Of a stretch of DNA of 64,000 bases, positions 18,046 through 27,310 are shown one piece after another. The stretch comes from an uncultured virus (IMG/VR IMGVR_UViG_3300022902_000012) (taxonomy: Duplodnaviria > Heunggongvirae > Uroviricota > Caudoviricetes). Positions within the stretch are counted from its first letter, which is position 1. Each line of letters opens with the position of its first letter. The position numbers and the translations under genes are program-made. Under the pieces are notes generated by a model that made no database searches, had not been told where the DNA came from, and worked only from the letters and a program-made list of their open reading frames with translations. The stretch is taken from positions 1-64,000 of IMG/VR virus record IMGVR_UViG_3300022902_000012; one strand, given 5' to 3'.

Positions 18046-20279
18046 TTACAGTCCTTGATATTGGATGCGATCGAGGGTTCCATGGTGAGGTAGATGGGGC
18101 CGAAGTCAGACTGCATCTCGACCTTGCCGAGGTGTTTCTTGTAGATGGCAGCAGCTTCCTCAGCGTGATTGTTGCGGACCAGAGAGGCCCCCTGGTCGTG
18201 CAGGTGCAGGAGCATGCCGAACTCGTGGGGGAACTTCTTCGTCCCCTCCTCCATGATACGCCAGAGCCGGGAGTTGAACTGGTCGCCGCATTCGGTCTGG
18301 GTGTCCCAGTTTGCCAGTTCGGTGGCAGGGAGGGGACGCAAGGGGCAGTAGCGACGACGGCGGAAGGGTTTAATCTCCATGTAGCCATCCCGCTCTACCT
18401 TCTTCAGGTTCTCCTCGTGGTAAACGTAGACCTCGGACAGGGCGCCGTGGAACAGGCGGGTGTGAACCTCCTTGACCATGTCGAGGGTGAGCATGCGCCG
18501 GGTCTCCATGTCCACCCACTTGGAGTTGCGGGCGGTGGACTGAATCTTGAAGGGCCCCCCGAGGTACATGCCATTGAAGAACACGTTCTTCTCAACCTTA
18601 CGCAGGCGCCCGCGGTAGACGTTGTCCCAGCGTTCCCAGTTGTCTGGACCGAACACCTGCACGGCGCAGTAGGTGTGGGGGTCCACCTTGTCAGCAAAGT
18701 AGGAGCCCGGCTCGATTTTCCCCTGAAGTACCTCGATGAGGCGGCGGCAACCAGACCGGGCGGCCAGGCGTCGGAGCTCCTGTTGGTCCACGTCCCCACC
18801 CACCATGCACCAGCCCTCAGGGGCCTCGAAGATGTCGCGGTCGATGGCCCTCATGTTCTGCAAGTTCGGCGACGAGGTGAACCTGATTCCCTTCTGGTCG
18901 TAGGACTTCCACTTGGTGTGCATGTAGCCGCCGGTGATCGCCGCGGCGTAGCTCCCGCACTTCTTGTTCTTGATGATGTCCAGGAGCCCTTCCTCGAGGT
19001 CAGTCTCCGTGAACTCCACCTCGTCCATCACGTTGCCCTGCTTGTCCAGGATGGAGAAGACATCACAGTCGATCAGACTCCCGCCGGCCTCTTTGATCTT
19101 GGCACGTTCCTCGTCGGGGGTGTCTTGGTAGATGGTGGCATAGGCAGTGGACTCTTCAATGAGGGTGACGAGCAAGGACACGAAGGGGTGCTCGATGTGG
19201 TCGATGATGGCCTTATAGGAGGTGGAGGGTTCACCCAGTTCCTTGGTTGTCTCCGTCGGGACCAGTCCCAGGTTGTAAGGGGCCTGGGCGTACTTGGCGC
19301 CAAAGAGAGCCTCGGCCTTGTGGGCCGTGGACCTGTGGTTGAAGTCCGGCCAGCTGAGCCAGTCGCGAATTCTCTTACGGATGGCCATCATCTGCTTGAG
19401 ACGGTCGACTGCTCTGGCCCGACGCTTCGCCATGTTGACCGGGATGCCCCAGTTCTGCATGTTGGCTGCCAGCTCAGCGTATCGGGATTGCCACTGAATC
19501 AACTCCTGGGACATGCCGAGCTGCTGGATATGGGCACTGATCTCTGGTACCAGCTGGATGGTATAAAGAGCATCCTTGGCGTTGTAGATGAGGAGCTTCC
19601 AGGGATTCTTTATCTTGACGCCGTAGCCCTCGTTGGTCTTGTACTCCATCTTCCAGGCGCCCACCTGCAAGTAGGAGTGCCCGACGTAGCCGAGGTCGTG
19701 GTAGATGTCCGGCTGGACCAGATGGTGCAGGCCGATGGTGTCTCGGATCTCCCCTCGGACAGGCAGCCCCTTGCGTTCACAGACCGCGATGTCGTAGGGA
19801 GCGTTGTGGAAGACCTTGACGATCTCCGGGTCTGCCAGGATCTGCATGGTCAGCCCAACCAGGCACTGCTCCCAGGCCTCGGGCAGGAGCGACAGGTCCA
19901 TTAGCGGGAAGGCGACCGCCACGTTGTTGGGGGCCGCCTCAGCTATGGAGATCGAGTGGAGCCGGCACTTGGCGTAATCAAGGGAGGTGGACTCCACATC
20001 GATGGCCAGGGCCGGCTTGGCGATGAGCCAGTACTCGAGCCACCGTTTGGCATGCTCGAAGTACTCCACCGCGTTGACAGGCCCCCGCGGCAGCACACAG
20101 ATTAGGGTCTCCTCGTGGGTGATTCCCCCCCGAGAAATCTGGTGGGCCTTCTCGAAGTCCTGGGCAACCACCCCGGTGATCGGCTTGATCCCCTTGGTGT
20201 CCAGGCCCCGCTTGCCCCTTCCCTTCTTCGCTTGGTGGAAGATGGAGGCAAGGTGGTTCGTTGGAATCACATGGGCCAC
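18042..20279 (-). CDS. polA: Family A DNA polymerase with 3'-5' exonuclease; N-terminus carries the C-terminal part of a UDG domain
   Basis: ExoI 'AIDVEST', ExoII 'FHNAPYD', ExoIII 'YNAKDA'; 'SSPNLQN'; motif A 'DVDQQELR', motif B 'RKVEKNVFFNGMY', motif C 'LHDQ'. Confidence 0.92.
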   Translation of the reverse strand: MAHVIPTNHLASIFHQAKKGRGKRGLDTKGIKPITGVVAQDFEKAHQISRGGITHEETLICVLPRGPVNAVEYFEHAKRWLEYWLIAKPALAIDVESTSLDYAKCRLHSISIAEAAPNNVAVAFPLMDLSLLPEAWEQCLVGLTMQILADPEIVKVFHNAPYDIAVCERKGLPVRGEIRDTIGLHHLVQPDIYHDLGYVGHSYLQVGAWKMEYKTNEGYGVKIKNPWKLLIYNAKDALYTIQLVPEISAHIQQLGMSQELIQWQSRYAELAANMQNWGIPVNMAKRRARAVDRLKQMMAIRKRIRDWLSWPDFNHRSTAHKAEALFGAKYAQAPYNLGLVPTETTKELGEPSTSYKAIIDHIEHPFVSLLVTLIEESTAYATIYQDTPDEERAKIKEAGGSLIDCDVFSILDKQGNVMDEVEFTETDLEEGLLDIIKNKKCGSYAAAITGGYMHTKWKSYDQKGIRFTSSPNLQNMRAIDRDIFEAPEGWCMVGGDVDQQELRRLAARSGCRRLIEVLQGKIEPGSYFADKVDPHTYCAVQVFGPDNWERWDNVYRGRLRKVEKNVFFNGMYLGGPFKIQSTARNSKWVDMETRRMLTLDMVKEVHTRLFHGALSEVYVYHEENLKKVERDGYMEIKPFRRRRYCPLRPLPATELANWDTQTECGDQFNSRLWRIMEEGTKKFPHEFGMLLHLHDQGASLVRNNHAEEAAAIYKKHLGKVEMQSDFGPIYLTMEPSIASNIKDCK

Positions 20280-20509
20280 TATGGTTCTTTCCTCGGGACA
20301 TTGGCTTTGTTGGGGGTGGAGGCGAACCGGGTGCCCTTCTGGTTATACGGTTTCCAGGCGGGGCACTCAGGGGCTAACGCTTCGAGTTCATCAGCCCTAT
20401 AGGCTGCTATGAGCAGACCTTTAGCTAACTGACGGGCATCCTCTGCATCGATGACTTCCATCGATCCAGCATTGTAGTGGGAGGGATGGTCGACGGTTTC
20501 TTTACTCAT
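20279..20509 (-). CDS. Small protein with a DUF3310-like N-terminal fragment
   Basis: 'ETVDHPSHYNAGSMEVIDA' only; remainder does not continue the family; ATGA overlap with upstream gene. Confidence 0.5.
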   Translation of the reverse strand: MSKETVDHPSHYNAGSMEVIDAEDARQLAKGLLIAAYRADELEALAPECPAWKPYNQKGTRFASTPNKANVPRKEP

Positions 20510-20871
20510 GGTCTCCATGGTCTCCCGTTCTCGTCGGTGAGGGTGGCACCCTCAAAGGTAGACATTTCCCAACCTGAGAAGTCCTTCCCCTCGGTCTGCC
20601 CGAGTCGCTCAAGCCCTTTCCATACGTACAGGTGGTAGGCAAGACATTGCTCCTCGCTGACCACGATCTTGTCGGGCTTGCCCTGGCGCTCCCAGGCCTC
20701 CCTGATATCCCACTCAGGCAGTCGGTCGATGAACGTCAAAGCCTTGGAGTAGGAGGTGAACTTTCGCTGCTCATGACCCTCGGCGAGGATAGCCCCATGG
20801 GGTGTCCTCTGGTACAGACGCCAGCGACGATCCCTATCCTGCTGAGTGAAGATGTATCCCACGTCAGGCAT
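20506..20871 (-). CDS. Hypothetical protein
   Basis: MPDVGYIF... start overlaps the stop of the upstream gene. Confidence 0.5.
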   Translation of the reverse strand: MPDVGYIFTQQDRDRRWRLYQRTPHGAILAEGHEQRKFTSYSKALTFIDRLPEWDIREAWERQGKPDKIVVSEEQCLAYHLYVWKGLERLGQTEGKDFSGWEMSTFEGATLTDENGRPWRP

Positions 20872-21391
20872 TGTTTTGCTCAATCCGAGTTGAGGTTTGG
20901 AGGAGCCTGTCGTACCAACCATCCCGTTGCATATTGACGACAGGGATGTTGTGGGCACTGGCAATCCTTATAGCCTGCCCGGTGCCCCCTGTTCTGCGGG
21001 ATGTCTGGTGTCCCCGCTCTGCCCCGTCCGGAGTCCAGCAGACGACCAGGTGGGTTGGACTCTTGAGGTTCAACCCGAGGATCTGATAGCCGTTACGGGC
21101 ATGGAGCTTCTGAGCTTGCAGAGGACAGGCCCCCCAAGCTGGGTGATGGTGAGCAGCGAGTCGTAGGGCATATGCACGCTGGTCCTGTGATGCCCCCTCA
21201 AAGGAGTTCGTTGTATAGATGATCTTGTGGTTATCAGCCCCATCAGCAAAGGCTGTGTCAGCCCCTTTGGCCCCTCCGGATCTAAGCCACCACCCCCGGC
21301 CCAGTAGGTATTGTGCCCACTGCCTCATCTGAGCCAGGAACTCTGGGGGGGTCCTCCTTGAACCTATACCTGTATACATAAGGTTTCCCAT
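20864..21391 (-). CDS. SLOG-superfamily / DprA-like phage protein
   Basis: 'YTGIGSRRTP', 'LRSGGAKGADTAF', 'LHARNGYQILG', 'VVCWTPDG', 'GGTGQAIRIA..IPVVN'. Confidence 0.8.
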   Translation of the reverse strand: MGNLMYTGIGSRRTPPEFLAQMRQWAQYLLGRGWWLRSGGAKGADTAFADGADNHKIIYTTNSFEGASQDQRAYALRLAAHHHPAWGACPLQAQKLHARNGYQILGLNLKSPTHLVVCWTPDGAERGHQTSRRTGGTGQAIRIASAHNIPVVNMQRDGWYDRLLQTSTRIEQNNA

Positions 21392-21455
21392 CCGGCTATT
21401 CCTCAGATTTTTTAAGTAGGTGGATCATCATGTCCATGGCTTCCGATGGGGTAGA

Positions 21456-21986
21456 TCATCGGTGGCACTCCTTCCAGAGTTCTTGGAGGTCGATGGGATT
21501 GACGCTGCCGCGGTAGTCCCTGATGGATCCTTTGATGCCGGTCAAGGCTTTCATGGAGTGCTTGCCTACAGCAACGATGACGGTGTCCGGGTGGTCCTCA
21601 CTGACGGCGAGGAGTTCTCCGATGAGGCGCTTACGGCAGTGGTCCATTGCGAGCTTGTGCACCAGGTCGGAGGACAGGGTAGGGCCGCCGCCGGGTGGCT
21701 TGATGGGGCGCTTTCTGCACAACGTTGTGTTGGTTACCCAACAGTCCATCCGGGAGAAACCAGGGTCGCCGTTTTCGGTCAGGTACCACTGGGCTCTACC
21801 GGTTGGGCCGATGAAGAACTTCCGTTCTCTCTTGGGATTGTTCCCTTCCTCCTCAAATCCAGGCCCCTCTCCTACAAGGATAAGTCGGGAGGGGACTTTG
21901 CCGTCGGGATAGACCATGACGGACTTCCCATCATTGAGGGGGCATCCCTGGCAATCCGGCTGGGTTATGAGGCCGTGGTAGTACAT
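21456..21986 (-). CDS. Uracil-DNA glycosylase family 4, N-terminal part only (lacks motif 2)
   Basis: 'CQGCPL', 'LVGEGPGFEE', 'FIGPTG', 'VTNTTLCR', 'HCRKRLIGEL', 'IVAVGKHS', 'IRDYRG', then stop before the PTxHP motif. Confidence 0.85.
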   Translation of the reverse strand: MYYHGLITQPDCQGCPLNDGKSVMVYPDGKVPSRLILVGEGPGFEEEGNNPKRERKFFIGPTGRAQWYLTENGDPGFSRMDCWVTNTTLCRKRPIKPPGGGPTLSSDLVHKLAMDHCRKRLIGELLAVSEDHPDTVIVAVGKHSMKALTGIKGSIRDYRGSVNPIDLQELWKECHR

Positions 21987-21990
21987 TCCA

Positions 21991-22272
21991 TCAGCTCCTG
22001 AATTCTATGTTCTTGTAGCCAACTTCATCAGGGTCAGATACTGCATACCAGAGTCCATCTCTCTGTATCGCCTCGACATGCCATTGCTCAGGGAAAGGTC
22101 CATAGTTGAACTCCAGGACCTGCTGGACAACAACTTTATTTCCGGATGTATCCTTATAGAATTCTGCAGCCCTGACCCGATATATTTCCCCGACGGAGGC
22201 GCTCCAACCCCAGCTTGGCCTGTCAATTCCTTCAGCTGTCTCTAGATTAGGTTGGGTCAGATCGATGGACAT
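21991..22272 (-). CDS. Hypothetical protein
   Basis: 93 aa, AAGGAG RBS. Confidence 0.55.
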   Translation of the reverse strand: MSIDLTQPNLETAEGIDRPSWGWSASVGEIYRVRAAEFYKDTSGNKVVVQQVLEFNYGPFPEQWHVEAIQRDGLWYAVSDPDEVGYKNIEFRS

Positions 22273-22293
22273 GATGCTCCTTATGTTGAAAGA

Positions 22294-22322
22294 CCCCGGG
22301 GGGCATTGTGGACCCCCCGGGG
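22294..22322 (-). terminator. GC-rich hairpin after the SSB gene (probable intrinsic terminator)
   Basis: 10-bp stem ccccgggggg / ccccccgggg with 9-nt loop, followed by TCTTTC on the minus strand. Confidence 0.6.
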
Positions 22323-22356
22323 AGAGGACCGCTTTACCGGCTAAACCGTCTGGCTG

Positions 22357-23064
22357 CTACGGCTTGGGCGGGGGCGGAGGGGGCGGGGGAGCTGCCGCGG
22401 CGGCGCCATCCGCAGGCGGGGTAGGCGGAGGCGGAGCATCGGCGGGGGGAACCGGCGCCGGGGTGGGCGGCGGAGGGGGCGCAGCAGCCTCGGGCGGGGG
22501 GGCCTGGGACGGCTGGGGGGGAGCGGCGGTGGTGGCAGCCTCCTCGCCGGGGGTGTTGTCCACCGCGTACTTCCAGTTGGCATCGTTGAAGGGGATGCGG
22601 GTCCGGATGTAGTTGTTGGTCCCGTCCTTGCTGACGGTGAGGTAGGCGATGTACTTACGCCCGACCAGGACCTCGTTGTCCGCCGCAGAGCCAGCCTCAG
22701 CCAGCTGGGTCAGGTAGTCACGGCAGGCTTCCTCACCGCCCAGGCACGCCTCCCAGATCTGCTTGTAGGCGGCCTTGTCTCGGGCCATGCGCTCCTTCTG
22801 CTTGGGGGTGGCCTTGTCCAGGGTAGCCAGGTCACCGTTGCCGATCATGTCGGAGAACGGACGGTCCTCGCGACTGGTGTCGGCGCCGGGGCCCATCTGG
22901 ATCTCGGTGGCGAAGCGGGTGTAGGAGCCGGGACCATTCTTGTAGCCCCCACCCCCGATCTCAGTGACCTTCAGCAGGTAGAAGCCCTCGGGGTGGGCAA
23001 CGAAACCAGCGGACGAAGTGCCCAGGAATTCGTTGATGTCAAACGGCAGTGCATTCTTGTTCAT
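22357..23064 (-). CDS. Single-stranded DNA-binding protein (DUF669-like) with a Pro/Ala-rich tail
   Basis: 'HPEGFYLLKVTEI...GSYTRFATEI'; adjacent to Sak4-like ATPase; strong AGGAGG RBS. Confidence 0.6.
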   Translation of the reverse strand: MNKNALPFDINEFLGTSSAGFVAHPEGFYLLKVTEIGGGGYKNGPGSYTRFATEIQMGPGADTSREDRPFSDMIGNGDLATLDKATPKQKERMARDKAAYKQIWEACLGGEEACRDYLTQLAEAGSAADNEVLVGRKYIAYLTVSKDGTNNYIRTRIPFNDANWKYAVDNTPGEEAATTAAPPQPSQAPPPEAAAPPPPPTPAPVPPADAPPPPTPPADGAAAAAPPPPPPPPKP

Positions 23065-23112
23065 GGTGGTGTCCTCCTTGTCGACAGTTGGACGGTTTAA
23101 AAAGAAGCTATC

Positions 23113-24180
23113 CTACCCGTTGAGCGACGGGATAGGCAGCGCGATGTGCTCATAGATGCGGTTGTAGACTGCCCGGAAGGTCGGGGTTGTTCCCAGCTCC
23201 GGATCTGTGAGCTTGCCTTCCGGGAAGGCAAAAGCGAATCGATGTCCGACGGAACCGACGGAGTACTTGTCGGGCATCGTATAGAAGACGCGAGAGGTTT
23301 CCATGCGTTTGTCAGCAGAGCTGGCATCAGTACTGGTCTGGTACACCGGGGTAGCCTGGATGACAAGATCGGCCGCCGCGGGGGTGGCCCAAACACTCTG
23401 GCCATCAAGAGCCAGCTTCACCTTGTCCAAAAGTAGATTGCCGCGGCCATCCTCTTTGAGGATCTGCTTCTCGTGGCCGATGATGATCCGGTTGACAGGA
23501 AAAGAGTTCATCTTCTCCATCAGCGCCTGATGAAAATTCTTGAGGAGGCCATAGTCCTGCTTCTGGAACAGCACACCACCCTGGTCTCTCATCTGCTCGG
23601 CCCATCGCTCTCCGGGGCTCTTGCCGTCGCCTCCTCCAGAGGACTTGAGGAGTTTCTTGAGGTCGGCAGGTACAGCAACCTTGTCCTGGACCAGGGCCAG
23701 CCGGTAGGCCTGCAGATCGGTATACCAAAGCCTCTCGAGAAAGCCGATGGAGTCGAGGACCACGGTGGCTACACCCCATGCCCGCCAGTTCTTCTCGATC
23801 ATGTCGAGGGCATCCTGCAGGCAGTGATGAGGCTCGTACTTGGAGATGTTGGCCGAGTCGTTGCTGTGCCCCGAGAAGTAGATGTCGAAGCGGGGGGGAG
23901 CCTCCTGGTTGAACACCGGCGGAATCGACAGGTCCTTGCACCGACTAATCAGGTGAGCAGCCACCTGAGGGTAGGTATCCAGGGCGGCATTACCCCCCTC
24001 GGCCACGATGTTCAGGAAGATAGGCGCCGGCCACATACAGGCCCATGTACTCTTGCCCGACTTCGGGGCACCAAACACCAACGTCGAGGTCTTTTTGGTC
24101 ACTTCGTTCCCTACGCCGACGGTCCGCTGCGGCGCTCGGGCCGAGTAGCTAATGACGGCTGGCTGTTCCTGGTCACTCAT
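23113..24180 (-). CDS. AAA_24 / Sak4-like ATPase (single-strand annealing recombinase)
   Basis: 'LVFGAPKSGKST', 'IFLNIVAEGG', 'TVVLDSIG', 'IIIGHEK'. Confidence 0.8.
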   Translation of the reverse strand: MSDQEQPAVISYSARAPQRTVGVGNEVTKKTSTLVFGAPKSGKSTWACMWPAPIFLNIVAEGGNAALDTYPQVAAHLISRCKDLSIPPVFNQEAPPRFDIYFSGHSNDSANISKYEPHHCLQDALDMIEKNWRAWGVATVVLDSIGFLERLWYTDLQAYRLALVQDKVAVPADLKKLLKSSGGGDGKSPGERWAEQMRDQGGVLFQKQDYGLLKNFHQALMEKMNSFPVNRIIIGHEKQILKEDGRGNLLLDKVKLALDGQSVWATPAAADLVIQATPVYQTSTDASSADKRMETSRVFYTMPDKYSVGSVGHRFAFAFPEGKLTDPELGTTPTFRAVYNRIYEHIALPIPSLNG

Positions 24181-25964
24181 GAGAGTCTCCTTGATGCAAA
24201 GTCGGACCGCTTCAGGATGTTGAGCAGATCGGTGAGCTGCTTGTGCTCCCGGCCGATCAGGTCGCCAGCGATGGCTTCCTCAGGCCCAACCCCGAGGACA
24301 TCCTCAGAGTCCCGCTCTTTGGCCTGGATGCGCTCCAGGATCCGCTCGTCGACGGGATTGTTCTGGAGGAAGAGGTAGATGGCCTCTTTCTCCTTGACGA
24401 AGTCCCCCTCGGCCAGCATACGTCCCTCGACCTGAAGGTTCGGGTCGGGGTTCCAGTCGGGGGTGACGATGAGGCAGCCTGTAGCGACCTGTAGGGAGTG
24501 GTTGGACACCCCGATGCTGGCCCTGGTTGCGACGAGGACAGCCCTGCGGGACTTGTATGTGCCCAGCTCTTCGCACAGTGCCCAGCGTCGGGCTACAGGC
24601 ATGGCACCGGTGACTGGCCCTATAACAGGCATCCCTGGACGGAGCCGCTGCAGCTCCTTACAGATGAGGGCTGCTGATGGACGCCGCTCGGTGAACACGA
24701 CGAAGGTCTTGTGTGTTTTGAGAGCTTGCAGGGTAGCCTCAGCTGCATGCTGGACCTTGATCTCAGCCATCGCAGAGAGTGTATGGGTCAGGGCCACCAA
24801 CTTGGCCGGATAGGTTCGGGCGGCGCGCTTCTGATCGGCGGTGCCGTCGAACTTGATCCGAGGGCCACCGGGTATCTGGAGCCACAGAGCCTTGGGCTGT
24901 TTCGCCTTACGGGCTTTGGCTGCCTTACGGCCGGCGGACAGAATAGCATCCTGCAGGGCGCCTCGCTCTGGGCCAGTCAGTTGAACCCAGTGTCCTGACC
25001 TCTGGACCCGGGTGCCCCCGTGGCTGGCCGCGGTCCCCCGACTCACCTTGAGGACGAAGGGGTCGAGTCGGTGACGTAACTCAGAGGACTTCTGAGGCTT
25101 GCCCATGGTCCAGTAGACCTGACCGCCGCGGGTCTTTTGTTGCTCCATCCCACAGTAGCGGGGGCCGAACATGTCTCCGATCCAGTCGCCCCACTGCCCG
25201 GGCTGCATGATGTCGAGCTGCATCCACAGGTTGTGTCGGCCGGACCGGATGGGAGTGGCTGTCAAGAGCAGGCGCCGGGTCACTGAGGCCATTCCAGATA
25301 GGGCGCGCGTGGCCCCCGACCGGACGGCGGCCGGATTGGCGCAGGCATGAGATTCATCGATGATCAGGTTGACGGGACAGCCTCGACCCTGCCTGCGGAT
25401 GAGAGGACCGACCTGCTCCAGGATATCGTAGTGGGCAAACCTGATGAGCTCATCCTTTTTGATGTCACCCTCTGAGACGTGTGCAACCTTCAGGCCGAAG
25501 TACCGGGCAGGGTCCCCCTTGGGCGAGCACCAGGTCTCGGCCGCTTGTAGGGGGCCCAAGATCAGGGTGGGCTCATCGAGGGCACCCATACGATGGTATG
25601 CCTGTAAGGAGACGGGGGTCTTCCCCAGGCCAGGGGCCGCGGCGTACAGACAGCCGTTGGCATCGAAGCCATAGTTGGCCAAACCGAAGCTAGAGAGAGC
25701 ACGACGGATGAAGGTGACAGCTCGCCGTTGGTAGGACCTGAACTCGAGGCAGCCGCGGGGTGTTGTAGGAGAAGCATCCTCAGGATACTGTAGGATCTTG
25801 TCCGCGCCGGCTGCCCCATCTTGGCTCTGAGGGAGCTGGAGAGCCAGATCGGAGAGGAGGAGCTTGTCGGCCTCTCCTCCATTGTGCGATGCAGCAAGCC
25901 GCCAGGGCCCTGCGATGTTGACTGTGTTTTGCACTGACGGACAAGGTGTCATACGGCAAACCAC
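24177..25964 (-). CDS. SNF2-family helicase (start uncertain)
   Basis: 'FRSYQ', 'APGLGKT', 'IIDESHACAN', 'LLTATPI', 'PDWNPDPNLQVEGR'. Confidence 0.8.
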   Translation of the reverse strand: MVCRMTPCPSVQNTVNIAGPWRLAASHNGGEADKLLLSDLALQLPQSQDGAAGADKILQYPEDASPTTPRGCLEFRSYQRRAVTFIRRALSSFGLANYGFDANGCLYAAAPGLGKTPVSLQAYHRMGALDEPTLILGPLQAAETWCSPKGDPARYFGLKVAHVSEGDIKKDELIRFAHYDILEQVGPLIRRQGRGCPVNLIIDESHACANPAAVRSGATRALSGMASVTRRLLLTATPIRSGRHNLWMQLDIMQPGQWGDWIGDMFGPRYCGMEQQKTRGGQVYWTMGKPQKSSELRHRLDPFVLKVSRGTAASHGGTRVQRSGHWVQLTGPERGALQDAILSAGRKAAKARKAKQPKALWLQIPGGPRIKFDGTADQKRAARTYPAKLVALTHTLSAMAEIKVQHAAEATLQALKTHKTFVVFTERRPSAALICKELQRLRPGMPVIGPVTGAMPVARRWALCEELGTYKSRRAVLVATRASIGVSNHSLQVATGCLIVTPDWNPDPNLQVEGRMLAEGDFVKEKEAIYLFLQNNPVDERILERIQAKERDSEDVLGVGPEEAIAGDLIGREHKQLTDLLNILKRSDFASRRLS

Positions 25965-26043
25965 CTGTCAACACCCTTTCTGAGAAAAGTCTCCGCTAAC
26001 TGTCCGGAATTGTAGGTCCGCTCAGGGGGTACTGGAAATTCCC

Positions 26044-26071
26044 TTGACTTTCTGGGCGTTTGTTCTAACCT
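26044..26071 (+). promoter_or_regulatory. Putative sigma70-type promoter of the RepA-like gene, in a divergent intergenic region
   Basis: TTGACT-16 nt-TAACCT; GGGAGGT RBS before ATG 26108; a TTGACA on the minus strand near 25970 faces the SNF2 gene. Confidence 0.45.
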
Positions 26072-26107
26072 ATGAATCTCAGTAGTGACCGGGAGGTAAT
26101 GTAACAA

Positions 26108-27301
26108 ATGCCAAGGAAAATTGCAGACTTAGAGGTCTATTCAACTATCGAAGCAGTGCAAGCCGAAGAGCCCCCCGAGGGGAGGTGGATAGCCAAGCCC
26201 ATCATCCCTACTGTAGGGAAGTTCCTCGTCTATGGGGACCCCAACGATTACAAGACGTTCACCATGTTTGACTTCCTGTTGGCCTACGCCAGCAACGGGA
26301 CCTACTTTGGGGGGCTCCCCGTCGAGAAGGCAGGGACAGCTCTGTTTATCACGGCCGAAGGGGATATCTACGACACAGGTGCTCGGCTCCGGATGCTCAT
26401 GCGGGGCCACAAGGACAAGGACCCCAACAACGTCGACCTCTACATGATCCATGATTCCATCCACCTCAACACCCCGCGGGGCCTGCAGCAATTCAACGAT
26501 CTGCTCGTGGAGCTGGAGCCTGGTCTGGTCTTGTTCGACCCACTCCGGCATTTCATCCCCGGGGTCGACGAAAATGATGCCACTCAGATGGGGCTCTTTT
26601 GCGAGAACATGAACGGCTTCATTCGCAGCTATCGCTTCAGCCTGGGGTTCATCCACCATGCCAGTAAGAAAGGGAAGCCCCGCGGTTCCTCCGTCCTCGA
26701 GGGGTGGGTCGACTCCATGCTGCAGTTCGTCTGTGAGCGGGGTATTGAGCTCCATGATACAGAGCAGCTGTTCGACGTGATCACTGTGCGGCAGAAGAAA
26801 GCTCGTAATGCCAAATACTCTCCTGACACCCTGCTGGTACCCGTCTTCGATAACTCCGATGAGCCTACCGAGACCGTCTACTACGCCATGCTTGAGGGGA
26901 TGAGGGAAGGTGACAGCCCCGCCACTGTAGAGGCCGCACAGCGGGTCTTGGCCTGGCACAAACGCCGCGGCCTGGCTGAGATGGATATGCCCTTTTCAGT
27001 TAACCAGGCCGTCCAATCCATCAAAGGGGGTCGCCCCAACAAGATCAAGGCTGCCTTGACTTTCCTCCACGAGCGCGGTCTTGCCGAAAAGGCCGATGCA
27101 CTGGTTTCTACTGGTCAAGGAAGAACACGATCAACCCCGGGCTGGCGCCTGCTCACCTCGACAATTGACAACATCCAAGCTATGCTTTCCCTCATGAAGA
27201 AGTATTCCGAGGTGCCGTACAGCAGCGACCCATTTCAGGCCCTCGAGGACGATTTTGGTTATCGTCCTGATGATGTCGAACCCCCAGATCCAGAAGAGTA
27301 G
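26108..27301 (+). CDS. AAA_25 / RepA-like (RecA-fold) replicative helicase
   Basis: Walker A variant 'GDPNDYKT', 'FITAEG', 'VLFDPL', 'DENDATQM', 'IHHASK..RGSSVLEGWVD'. Confidence 0.8.
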   Translation: MPRKIADLEVYSTIEAVQAEEPPEGRWIAKPIIPTVGKFLVYGDPNDYKTFTMFDFLLAYASNGTYFGGLPVEKAGTALFITAEGDIYDTGARLRMLMRGHKDKDPNNVDLYMIHDSIHLNTPRGLQQFNDLLVELEPGLVLFDPLRHFIPGVDENDATQMGLFCENMNGFIRSYRFSLGFIHHASKKGKPRGSSVLEGWVDSMLQFVCERGIELHDTEQLFDVITVRQKKARNAKYSPDTLLVPVFDNSDEPTETVYYAMLEGMREGDSPATVEAAQRVLAWHKRRGLAEMDMPFSVNQAVQSIKGGRPNKIKAALTFLHERGLAEKADALVSTGQGRTRSTPGWRLLTSTIDNIQAMLSLMKKYSEVPYSSDPFQALEDDFGYRPDDVEPPDPEE

Positions 27302-27310
27302 CCCCAACCT

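Noticed and set aside
18132..19904. 590-aa + strand ORF antisense to polA (similar cases at 42119-43882, 43695-44996 and 34294-35529)
   Set aside because: Shadow ORFs expected from high-GC codon bias; no motifs, and the opposite strand carries clear conserved genes
20280..21455. Group I/II intron between the UDG half and polA
   Set aside because: The interval is filled with ordinary coupled ORFs, and no intron core or splice-site features were recognised; RT-PCR would be needed to exclude it fully
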